From the NCBI RefSeq assembly GCF_009914755.1, contig NC_060926.1: a DNA stretch of 64,000 nucleotides. One strand, written 5' to 3'. Below are positions 13,008 through 23,925 of this stretch, piece after piece (position 1 is the stretch's first letter; each line of letters begins with the position of its first letter). The DNA is from the human T2T-CHM13v2.0 reference genome, Homo sapiens. The notes under the pieces were generated by a model. That model saw nothing but the letters and a program-made list of their open reading frames with translations. It ran no database searches and was not told where the DNA came from. A program made the position numbers and the translations under genes.

Positions 13008-16000
13008 AGACATTATTTTTTTAAAGTGATACAGAATTGTCACAACATTTTAATTTTTTAAACCCCAACAATATATATTTATTGGTTTTTAGGCAATGTT
13101 TTGGAAAGGCACCTCTTTTTCATATTGTTACCATTACTGGAATTCCCCTAAACTTTATGCTTCTAGATCATAAACATTTTCTACAAAAGCTATCTAATTA
13201 ATTTCCTATTAACTCTCTTTTTCTGCCTATTCTATTCCAGTTGAACAAAAAAAAATCCTGTAAAGGTGTGATATGAAACATGATCATTTTTCACATGAAA
13301 TAATTTGACAACTACTGGAATAAGAGAAGTTAATAGTATAAGAGAAGTTAATATTTAATAGGCAAGCCTATTAAATAAAGCCAATAAAGTATAGAAAGAA
13401 AAGTTGATATTTAATACTTTAAAAACTCTCTGTTCTAGTTGGATTTAGGTTTGGTGACACATGCCAGTCTACAGGATTGAATAAATATAGGAATCAAAAG
13501 GAAAAATATTACTCTTAAACTACTATTTCATATTTTAATAAACAAGTAAAGTCAATAAGTGAATATCAAATAGTATGTTTCTGGATATCAGGTTGTTGAA
13601 CAATCCTTTGAAAAGGATGCTATGAAGTAAGCTAAGCTTGGTCCAATTAATTTTTTTAGATTATTACATAATTCACCATTCATGCATTTACCAAGTCATT
13701 TATTTAAAAACACTAATATGATCAAATAGGAGAATAATATTCTAGAAGGTGGTCATGGATACTTTTTAAATGATACAGTGTATGTTTAAAGAGTTTTCCT
13801 TTGGCAGCAACTTGTCAACAGTCTCTTCTTTACAAAAAATTATCTCGAAAATGACTTGTTGAATTTGAAGCCGTTAATTAAAGATTTAGATGGCAAGCCT
13901 ATTAAATTATACTTTATAAAAGTGCATGATGTTCAAATGGATCTAACTTACAGTACTTTTGGACAATGCCACATTTATCTACCAAACACTGTTCTCTAGA
14001 TAATCGACCTTGCTCTCCACTTGACTGTAAATGAAAAAGGGAAGCTGCACCAGACAAGTCCATAACCTCTGAAGAACTAAGTATGCTGACATAGGCAATC
14101 CACATATTTGCATTACACATACTAAACTAACAGACAATAGTATTTACAAGGCTTCACTAAATGCTTAAATCTATTTTGTGGACAAAAGGATTTTTAAGTT
14201 AATTCATTTTGTGGAGAGAATAATTTAACCAAGTTAGCATTTTGTTGACAGAATTATGATGAAATTCATTTTGTCTGCATAATTGATTGGACAGCCAGCA
14301 GAATGCATTTCTCCCTAGAATGAAGAATGTGCAGAGGTTGTCAAATGGCATTTCCTCCTTGGTCTCAAATCATTCTGCCAACAAAATGAATGCAAAATCC
14401 TTTCGTTTACAACATCAGTATGGGTGTTAATTATTGGTGAATAGAATTCAAAGTCAGAATCTTTTCTGTTAAATATTGATAGATATTCATACCACTCACT
14501 AATGAGATATTAATCTCGCAAAAGGATTGTTCTGGAAGAAGCTTATATTTAATCTGTGTAACAAGGTAGGTGTGTCATTTGTTTTATTCACTTTCAATAC
14601 TACAAACATGAAACAAACACTTTGGCTAAAATTTTAAATTGAATGGCTGGGGTAAGAAACACCAGGAAACTGTTTAGAGAGAGAGACTGCAAAGATGGTT
14701 ATGAATAGTACATAAGAGGAAATATTAAAAGCTACAAAACATGTTATCAACACTAAGTATAAATTTACATGGTTCTCTAGATGCACTTTTAATTGAATTA
14801 GATTATTATTCACTTAAGCCTAGAGGCCTGCACAGTGAAGATGAGTGGTGCAGCAGAGCACTAATAATAGATGTTTGCCATGATTTCGTGCTTCTCATTT
14901 GCATATCACCTATTGCCAAAAAGCCTGGGAATACTGAAAATGGATTCCTACAATACGGGTAGATAAGGCCATTCATAGGACGCATAGTTGCTGGAGATAT
15001 TCTTCCAGACAGGCTTTCCATTGAGGAAAGTTTGAATCTTTCCATTCTGGATGTTGGAACAGAAAAAATACATTTTGTGAGAGGAAAACAGTTTTAGGGC
15101 TACCCAACAGAAGGCGAACTAATGTGCCCGTCATGTGTTAAGAATCTGTGATGATTTAGATTGTAGAGGTTTATTTTCTCTACAAATAAAGATTATATAA
15201 GCATTTCATGTCAACTGTGTGAATTGGCTCCATGGAAAATGTGCAGTAAAATATAATTTCAATAGATGCATTATTCACCATAGTCTACTTTAAGCTATCT
15301 AGATAATTTGTATCATTAAGTTAATAAGGCCAGGTGTTAACTCTTCTGAGACATAGGATCACTCTTTCTCTAGTACTTTGTGGTTTATTTGCAAACTTCT
15401 ACCAGCTACAATTTTGTTTTAAAATTACAGACCAATACCAATGTTCAAGGATTAATGAAACAAATACGGACAAAATCAGGTAGTTGTGTTGAATGTTGTT
15501 TTGGAATAAACAAGGAAATGTTTCAGACAACTTAAAACCAGTTGAAAGTGAGTCATTAGGGGTAAGAATAAATATTTGAGTACAAACCCAGAATATATTT
15601 AGGAAAAAATATATTTTAGTAGGAAGGTTGGAAAAATTGCATAAATGCAAATGAGGAAGCCATTGGTTGGTATAAAATTATGTCATAAATCCTAGATCTG
15701 TAAGATAAACTACTTTTTTTGTTTGTTTGTTTGTTTGCTTTTTCCTCCAAATCCCTGCCTGGCATTGTACTGGAAACTGTTTTGCCAAATATATTCTGTG
15801 TGCATTTAGAAATCACTTATTGCCCATCTGAAACCAGTTGGATTTGGAAGAAAGACACAAAAAAATACATGATACAAGTTACCTATCTTTCAGTTGATCA
15901 TAATTAATTTGGCAATATAATACTCATATGATGTATGACCTAACATGATATGGTCTAGAAACATAAATATTAATAAATAGAATTCAAAGCATAATATGTA

Positions 16001-16209
16001 GGCTAAACATCTTTCATTAATTTATTTTAAATTTATATTTGTATTTAATCAAAACTCTTCCAGAAACACATAAAGCATGTTCATGTAAATTCATTGAGGA
16101 AGAAAGTAAAACAAGGGTGAAAACATAAAATTGAGCCAGATACGCATTAGATATGTGAAGTACAAGACTCTAGGCAATTGCTGTTGGTAATTGTCCCTGT
16201 GGTTTATTG

Positions 16210-16460
16210 CTTTCATTAGCTCATTACAATTGTGTACAAATATTTTAACATCGTTACCTTTTCTAACAGTCCCAGGAAAACATTGAGAAAGTATTATTAT
16301 TTTCATTTATAGAGGAGAGATGAGGAACACTGTATTTAGAGATTATAACAAATTACCGCAAACTTCTGAGGAAACGAACCAAGACTTTAGAGAAGGAGCT
16401 GGTATATGAATGTAGCTCTTCTGAGATGAGTACAGCTCTCTTTTCATTCCACTGTATAAG
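16210..16460 (-). mobile_element. MIR-like fragment(s)
   Basis: gtattattattttcatttatagaggagagatgaggaacactgtatttagagattataacaaattacc resembles antisense MIR. Confidence 0.45.
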
Positions 16461-17382
16461 GTTTCTTTGAAGAAATAAAACTTGAGCTGGATTCAAAAGA
16501 TGATCAAAAGACTGTCTTACACGAGGCACTGTTGAAAAGACACCACTGGACCAGTAGGAAGTAAATACAATTTCAGGTCAAATCTGATGAGTGGGCTTAG
16601 CTGAAGGAGGGCTTAGCTATTAGGCTGAAGTGTTAAGACTTATCCAAGAAAACAAGGTCTCATGGAAGTTCTAAACAATGGTGAGGTGGCATCTCCACAC
16701 TGCTTTCAAGTTTTCGCTTTACACGACTGCTAAAATGAAATCAATATGTACACCACTTGAGGTGTTTTAACTTCTTATAGAAAAAGAGTTGCTGCAGAGG
16801 CACATACTTCAATGACATTGTTATTGGTTACATTTTTCAGTGGGTTATTTAGAAATTAAAATAGTTCTGTGAGGCAAAAAAAAAAAATCTCTAAATATCA
16901 GACAGAGTTCAAATGAAGAAATCCTGGGCTATTCACAGCAGTAAACAAAGGAATATCAGGATCACCAGCAGCAATACCCACCAGGAATGTGGAAAGTTTC
17001 TTTAGCCCGGATGTGTTCAACACCACTAACAAAACATAATAAACCTCACCTCATGATAATCATTCTATATGGAGTTCAATGGAGGATATATGAACAAGAT
17101 TAGGTGTTTACAAATAACAATAGGCTTTCAGGTAAAGGTGGCTAGAATGTATGTACCTACTATGCATTCCTTGAATGTGAAATGAAAGGGATTTATTTGT
17201 CTAAGGCCTACATGTAGAAAAACTGGGAATGCAGGAAAAGAGATTATAGAAACCATAGTTTTACTAGTAACGAAGGACCTAACAGATTGGAATAAACAAT
17301 CTTAAGCCTGTGGAGAAGAAATCCCAGAACTAACCTGACTTGAATCAGAATCCTAAATGGCTCATGAATCAGCATTATCAGG

Positions 17383-18268
17383 TGTACAGGTTATCTATTG
17401 CTGCATAGCAAACTATCCCAAAACTTAGTAGTGTTAAAAAAAAATAACCATTTTATTACGTTCACAAATTCTGTAGATTGGTAATTCAAAAAGTGCACAA
17501 TGAGGGTTGCTGTTCTCTATGTTATGATGTCTAGGAGCAAAATGGGGTTGAAATGAATGGCAGGGGGCTAGAACAGCAAGGGCTGGTGCAATAGGCTGAA
17601 TGTTAGCATCCCTCCAGAAATTCATATTCTAAAACCTATTCCCCAGTGTGATAGTATTTGGAGGTATGACTTTGGGGAAGTTATTAGATCATGAGGGTGG
17701 AGCCCTAATAAAAGGGATTAGTGTCTGATAAAAGATGGCCCCAAAAGCTCCGTTTGCCTCCTTCTGATAGGTAAAAACACAAGATGGCCATCTGTGATCT
17801 AGAAAGTGGGGCCTCATCAGACACTATACCTGCCATCACCTCGATGTTGGACTTCCTAGTCTCCAGAAGTGTGAGAAATAAATTTCTGTTGTTTATAATG
17901 CACCCAGTCTATATTTTTCTTAAAATAGCCCAAACAGATTAAGACAGCTGGTGAAACTACTTTAAGGATTACTTCTCCACTTACAGTCTAATGACTGGGC
18001 TAGATTAGAAAAAAAACAGGTTCATCATGGATTGTTGACTAGAGTAACTAGGGTGTTCAAGGCAGTTGAGCTTTTTCTATGATGATTCAGGACACCAAGA
18101 GTGAGTATTCCCAGCCAGAAAAATGGAAGTTGCCTGGCCCTTTATGACCTAGTTTTTGATATCACTTAACATGAGATCTGCTGTATTCTACAGGTAAAAA
18201 TCGGTAGCAAATTCACTCAGATTCAGAAGGAAGAACAGAAGCTTCATCTCTCAATGAGAGGATTGCCC
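17383..18268 (-). mobile_element. MLT1G/H-like LTR, split by MLT1A0
   Basis: tgtacaggttatctattgctgcatagcaaactatcccaaaacttagt...ggaagttgcctggccctttatgacctag...ctcagattcagaagg is antisense MLT1. Confidence 0.8.
17587..17946 (+). mobile_element. MLT1A/MLT1A0 solo LTR
   Basis: tgcaataggctgaatg...gagggtggagccct...gtgagaaataaatttctgttgtttata...cagattaagaca; perfect TSD gctgg (17582-86 / 17947-51). Confidence 0.9.
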
Positions 18269-18269
18269 T

Positions 18270-20245
18270 ATCAGTACTTCCAAAAGTGAAAATGGGAACT
18301 GCATTAAAAGACAAGTAAGATACCCTTCCATTTTTTCTTACAGTAGGATATTTTCCTCCTTTATTGCAATAAAAGACTGGTTTATTCTCTGGAAAGAGTA
18401 AAATGTCTGTTCCTGTGTCTGCAAAACACCTGATGGAGTTGAGATCAAAGGTATGAAAGGGAAACTAGGCATTAGGAAGTGTATGTATACTGGGTGCTAA
18501 TAGTCCCCAGTCCTCCTTTCCCCTTAACCCACAGAACACAGGTACCAGTCTACCCTCTGGGCAAAAGAACTGGAGATACCTTTTTGGGAAATCAACCAGG
18601 TTTTGACCTCAAATTTCCTCAGCTAAAAGGCTCACCCAAGGCATCCTACAGCAAAGTATACATTTGAAAGATCCAGTTATGAGCTTCGAATCAATTGTTG
18701 GTGTCCAGGTGTTAAATATAAGCAGAAAACCCATGACTACTGGGTACTTGAGGAAATCCTCTAACATTAAAAATAGAGGAAAAGGAAAAGAAAAGAAAAT
18801 GGGAAGTATGCAGGGAAAGACAACATTTTTCAAAAGCTTGTCTCGAATGTACTCGGGAGAGGAAACATAAATTAACCTATCAATCCAGGAAGTCTAATAT
18901 CAAGGCATAAGAATTTTAGAGAAAATGGGAGCCAGGCACGTGGCTCGCGCCTGTAACCCTAGCATTTTGGGAGGCCGAGGCGGGTGGATCACTTGAGGTC
19001 AGGAGTTTGAAACCAGCCTGGCCAACATGGTGAAACCTTGTCTCTACTAAAAATACAAAAATTAGCCGGGTGTGGTGGCATGCACCTGTAATCCCAGCTA
19101 CTCAGGAGACTGAGGCATGAGAATCGCCTGAACCCGGGAGTCGGAGGTTGCAGTGAGCCAAGATTGTGCCACTGTACTCTAGCCTGGGTGACAGAGTGAG
19201 ACTCCGTCTCAAACAAACAAAAGAGAAAAGGGAGATGAGGAGGGAAATCAATGAACTCATTCCAGAAAAGTTTTTCAGAAGAGAAGGAAGTTTTCAGATT
19301 GAAAGAGCTCAGTGAATATCCACCAAATAGATTAAAATAGACATGCAACAAACCTATTGTCATATAAATCCAGAGAATTCAAGACAAGCTCCCTAGAAGT
19401 TTATAGAAAGAAAAAAATAATAGTTACTTACAAAAGAGTAAGAATCATAATATCTTTGAACCCCTCAACAAGAACAGTGGAAACTAGAAAGTGGTGGAGG
19501 AAGGCTCTCAATATTATGAGGGGAAGTAATTTCCTAACTTGAATTATCTATGTAACCAAACTATTAAGAATGAAAGGACAACAAAGATATTTCATCAGGC
19601 AAGGTCTCAAAATTTTACCTCCTTATACCCTTTCTCAGAACATGTTCCACCATATAAAAGAGTGATCCAGAAGAGAAGTGAGCACGAATTAGGGAAAGTA
19701 CAAGATCCAAACCCACAAAGATGATATAACCAACAAAGATCATAAAGATGCCAGCTCTATACCAAGCACAGAGGCAACAAGTTCAGACTGAAGCAGATCA
19801 GAAGCTTCCAGGAGAGAATTCTTCAGGAAGATTCACTGGTAGAATACCTGCAGTCTTTGGATGTTTTGAGAGAATATATAGGCAATGAGGTAAAAGCATT
19901 GAGGTTGAATATGTTTTTAAAAAGAATGGAAAACTAAGCTAATAAAAAAATAAGGCAATCAGTAATCTCTCTCTGAAGAGATATAGAAAGGAAGTTCAGG
20001 CTGTAGATAAAGTGAGGAAAGGAAAGAAAACAGATTTCTCACTTCCATAGTGGGATATGCACTCCACCTTATTTAAAGGCATTAATGTAACAAGTAAAAT
20101 AATCATCGGCAAAAGATCAAAGTAGTTGTTTCTGAGGGCTGGGAAATAGGGGAAAGAAAGTTTGGACTGTTATTTTTTGTTTAAAAGAAAACCTTTTTGA
20201 AATTTTTGACCTTCTAAATTATACAGATCTATAATTTCTTGTAAC
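18270..20245 (+). mobile_element. HAL1 (Half-L1) element with ORF1-like remnant; may extend left to ~17000
   Basis: cttgaggaaatcctctaacat, L1-ORF1-like text (VTYKRVRIIISLNPSTRTVETRKWWRKALNIMRG), aaaattttacctccttataccctttctcag and a HAL1-type 3' end; no ORF2 follows. Confidence 0.75.
18930..19222 (+). mobile_element. AluSx/Sz inserted into HAL1
   Basis: Full dimer; TSD-like agagaaaatggga / agagaaaaggga. Confidence 0.95.
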
Positions 20246-20505
20246 ATGTAGGGTAAAATTAAAGGAAAGGATCAAAGATGCAAAGGGACAACAATATCAC
20301 CAGAGTGCAACTAACAGGGTGCCAAATATAGTATTGGATACTGAGCTAAAATACTAGTAATATCTATAACTATGTAAGCATTGAATAATATATATAAAGA
20401 GACACACACACATATATATTCCAAAGCCAACTGAAAAGACCAGAAAGATTAATGAATTTTTATGTACATAAAGCTTCTTTTAAATGCCCCAAATCCTACA
20501 TAACA

Positions 20506-20564
20506 GATATGTGTGTGTGTGTTTGTGTGTATGCGTATGTGTGTGTGCACGCACATGTGTGTGT
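20506..20564. repeat. degenerate (TG)n microsatellite
   Basis: atgtgtgtgtgtgtttgtgtgtatgcgtatgtgtgtgtgcacgcacatgtgtgtgt. Confidence 0.85.
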
Positions 20565-21957
20565 CTTCTTTTAAAAGTTCCAAAGTACTGCTTTTACTCT
20601 GAATAATAAGGGTTGGATTACCCAATGTATGTCTTTATGGATGAGACCAAAATTTGTAATATATCTTATTTGGTGTGTATCAATGCATTCATTGTCAGAT
20701 CCCTAGAGTTTTAAAGTGTCATTCACCTATCCAGTAGTTGCAAATACAAATAGAGACTTTTTGTATTTGTTTTATGCTAAGACAATGAAGAAAATATACT
20801 GGGTCTGAAATGTTTGCCTAGGGTCGAAACTAATTTTAGATATTTAATATTTTATATAATTTGTAATCACTGGGTACTTCTTGACTTCTTAATTTGCTTA
20901 ACCAATTAATTAATAATAATTAGAAAATGAGTAAAAAAAGTAAGAAAAGATTTATGTAAAATACCAGTTTAATGAGTAAAATATCTTATGAATATTAATT
21001 CATTTTTAAGATAAAATGGTTTACTAACCAGAATATTCCAACAATTGTAAGTGTTGAGGATTTGGTTTCTTATTAGTTTTCATAAATGCTAGAAAAAAGT
21101 TTGAATGATATAAAGGATGTCTTCAGTTATTCTTTCTGCTAGTCACTCTTATCACAAACCTAAAGGAGTCGTATAGAAGTAAAGAGGCTGATTCAACATA
21201 AATAAGCTTATTCCTTTGAAAAGAAGCTTTGTCAGTTGCAAGGACACCATTGTCTCCAAAGACAAAGGCATGAACTCTTAGTACCCTGGACATACAAGGA
21301 ATATTACATTTCAAAAAAATCCTGCAGAAATGACCCTGGAAAATTGTCTTAATGTGGAAACAGACCAACACAATTAACTTGTTTAAGTAACGGCAGCTGT
21401 GTCCTAAAGTGGTTATAGATGAGAATAAACACACAGAAACAGAGTCCCAATTAATCTCTAAGGGCATAGCAGATATATCTCATAAGAGAACTGTCTAATT
21501 TTCTACAAAATTTATTATTTCTAGAAAAAGATAAATTTTACACTAAATTTATCCATTACTTTTAATTTTAAAAATACAGCCATCCCTATCTTCCCTGTCA
21601 TAATTATTCTCCTTTTTAACACCACATAATGAGGAAAAAGCAAATCAGTTGTGTCATTATACCTTACTGCTAAACAGAAGCAACACAGCCATTAATGACT
21701 TTAACATATATTCATGTTTTCCTGGCCACTGGGAACTTCATTGATCTGTTTCTCCTTGAGGAGGCAAAACATGTCTGTTAATAACATGATTCTGAATTTC
21801 CTTCTCTGGCTGTTTATATTCAGAACAAAATTTTCAAGTACAGCGTTAGAGGTGAGGCACCTGAGAGAAAAGGTGTCTTTAAAAGGGTGAATGGCTCCAG
21901 GATGATTTGTTCTCACCTTTTCCACCCCAAGCCATATGCCTGCCTTCATTACAAATC

Positions 21958-21976
21958 AATCCACCAGGTGGCGATA
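21958..21976 (+). promoter_or_regulatory. candidate CTCF binding motif
   Basis: CCACCAGGTGGCG (21961-21973) matches the CTCF core consensus CCASYAGRKGGCR at every position; lies in sequence with no recognisable repeat. Confidence 0.55.
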
Positions 21977-23044
21977 TAAATATGTAACACTTCAAAAACA
22001 GTGACAGAATTTTTAAATATGAAACAAAGGGTTCATAATTTCTATAAAAAACACAGCACTAAGAAATTCACTAAGTATTGTGATGCTGAATTTGGACGAT
22101 GATTTTAATCTGAGATCTGAGAGTTTAGGTAATTATCAGATACTTAGTTTAGTAATTTAAACTCCTAGCACCCCCTAAAAAAAGATGGATTGTTAATCTT
22201 GCTTGAACCACTTAGCTAATTGTTTCAGCTCTCGATTTTTTCTTGTCAGTTCAGGATAGTCTTGGTCAAGTTACTTAACCTCTTCATATCTCGTATAGTC
22301 TTGTAATGTGAAGAAGCACTAATAAGTTTGATTATAAAACACTGCAAATTTTAGTGCTGAAGACTACATTGCTTTGAAGTCACCAGAAGTGTGACAAGTG
22401 TTCAGACAAGTACATAATTAAACTGTCCAAACTGCGTTAGCTATTGATGGCATTTAACTAGGGCTGACTTTTCCTATCAAACTATGAGTCTGAATTATAG
22501 TGGCTTCTGTAACTCCCAAAGAATTTACCAGAGTAGAACTGGGAGAGGGCGTTTAAGTCTGAAAGCTCATGTGTGTCTTTAATGACAGTAATTAAAACCA
22601 TCAGATTGAAATCTCATCAATTTCTTCTTTTGTTAGAAGAAATTATAACTCTGTCAATTAGTGTTTAAGGAAAATGTTGAATGGCATTACACACAATGAC
22701 AAATCAATAGCACTATAGTTAAAAATGGAATCCTTTTTGGAACTTGAATGTCCTATTCCTTACCACTCCTCAATGATAACTGAAGTCACATTAACATCTG
22801 TGCCTGAATTTCACCGATGCCAAGCTCTCACCTGCTCCTGTAAGAATTTTATTACTACATAAGTGCTTCAGAGAATCCTCAAGATGTGATTTAACTGCAT
22901 TCCAAACTAAGCCTGGTTATTGTTCACAATCCCTGGTAGCGGAGCCTGATCCTTGAAGCTGCTAGTAGCCCCTAGAGCACAAAGGGGCCACTTAAGCAGA
23001 ACTGCTTTGCTTCCTCTCATCTGAGATACCAGTGACCCTTTCGT

Positions 23045-23520
23045 ACTAGAAAAGTAGAAATCACCTCAATTATTTACCACAAAGGGAATTTAATGTAGGG
23101 AGGTAGTAACTTAAGTGATGTAAGTACTGAGAATTCCAACAGGGGATCCTGAAAAACCCTTAAGATTAGCAATAGCAGCAAGTCATTGTGCCCCTAAACT
23201 GGAAGGACAAGGAGGAAATGATATAATCAGAATTTGGAATCATGGTTATAAGGTGGAGGTTGAAATCGCAGAAGGCGAATCTATCAGGGAATGGATTCAT
23301 GGAAGAGGTACAATCTCTGCACAAGAAGCTGCCAAAAGCAGAGAAAAGGTCAAGAAATACTTAGATTTCTTTCTCTTCTTCCATTTTTTCCCCACATACT
23401 TTTTATTGTCTTTATTCAACTGGAAGCCAGCTGACATAGGAACTGACAAGGGGGAACGCATGATGCTGCAATACAGGGTATAGCTGATGGAGAGTGACAG
23501 ATGATCGGAGGGCAAATAGA
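23045..23520 (-). mobile_element. ancient LTR (LTR78-like; family uncertain)
   Basis: agaaatcacctcaattattt...gggaatttaatgtaggga...caactggaagccagctgaca...gatcggagggcaaat resembles old eutherian LTRs in antisense. Confidence 0.5.
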
Positions 23521-23678
23521 TGCTGTATCTGGATAAGATTGGCTGCTGTTGTTGGGACTGATGCTCGCCAAGCCTAGACTCTTAAGCTGCAGACTCAGAC
23601 AGCCCTGCTGGCTGGCAGCTGCTTCTGTGTCACCCACTCTGCTTCCAGGGGTTTGAGTTGTGTGCCCTACTTTTAGAA

Positions 23679-23925
23679 CAGAAGTTGGTAAAATTTTCTG
23701 GAAAGAGCTTCAGAGTAAATATTTTAGATTATGGGCCATACCATCTCTATCACTACTCAGCTCTGCTGTTGTAGCACCAGAGCATCCATAGGCAGTCAGT
23801 AAACAAATGAGCGAGGCTGTGTTCCAATAAAACTTGGGGATTTTTGTTTTTTGTTTTATTTGTTTGTTACAAAAACAGGTGGAAGGCTGGGTATGGCCTA
23901 AGGGCCATAGTCTGCTAACTTCTCT
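23679..23925 (+). mobile_element. MER58A (hAT-Charlie MITE)
   Basis: gtaaatattttag...ctactcagctctgctgttgtagc...taaacaaatgagcgaggctgtgttccaataaaact...gggccatagtctgctaac. Confidence 0.88.

Noticed and set aside
14962-15096. Protein-like + frame IRPFIGRIVAGDILPDRLSIEESLNLSILDVGTEK
   Set aside because: No polypyrimidine acceptor or convincing donor, and no protein I recognise.
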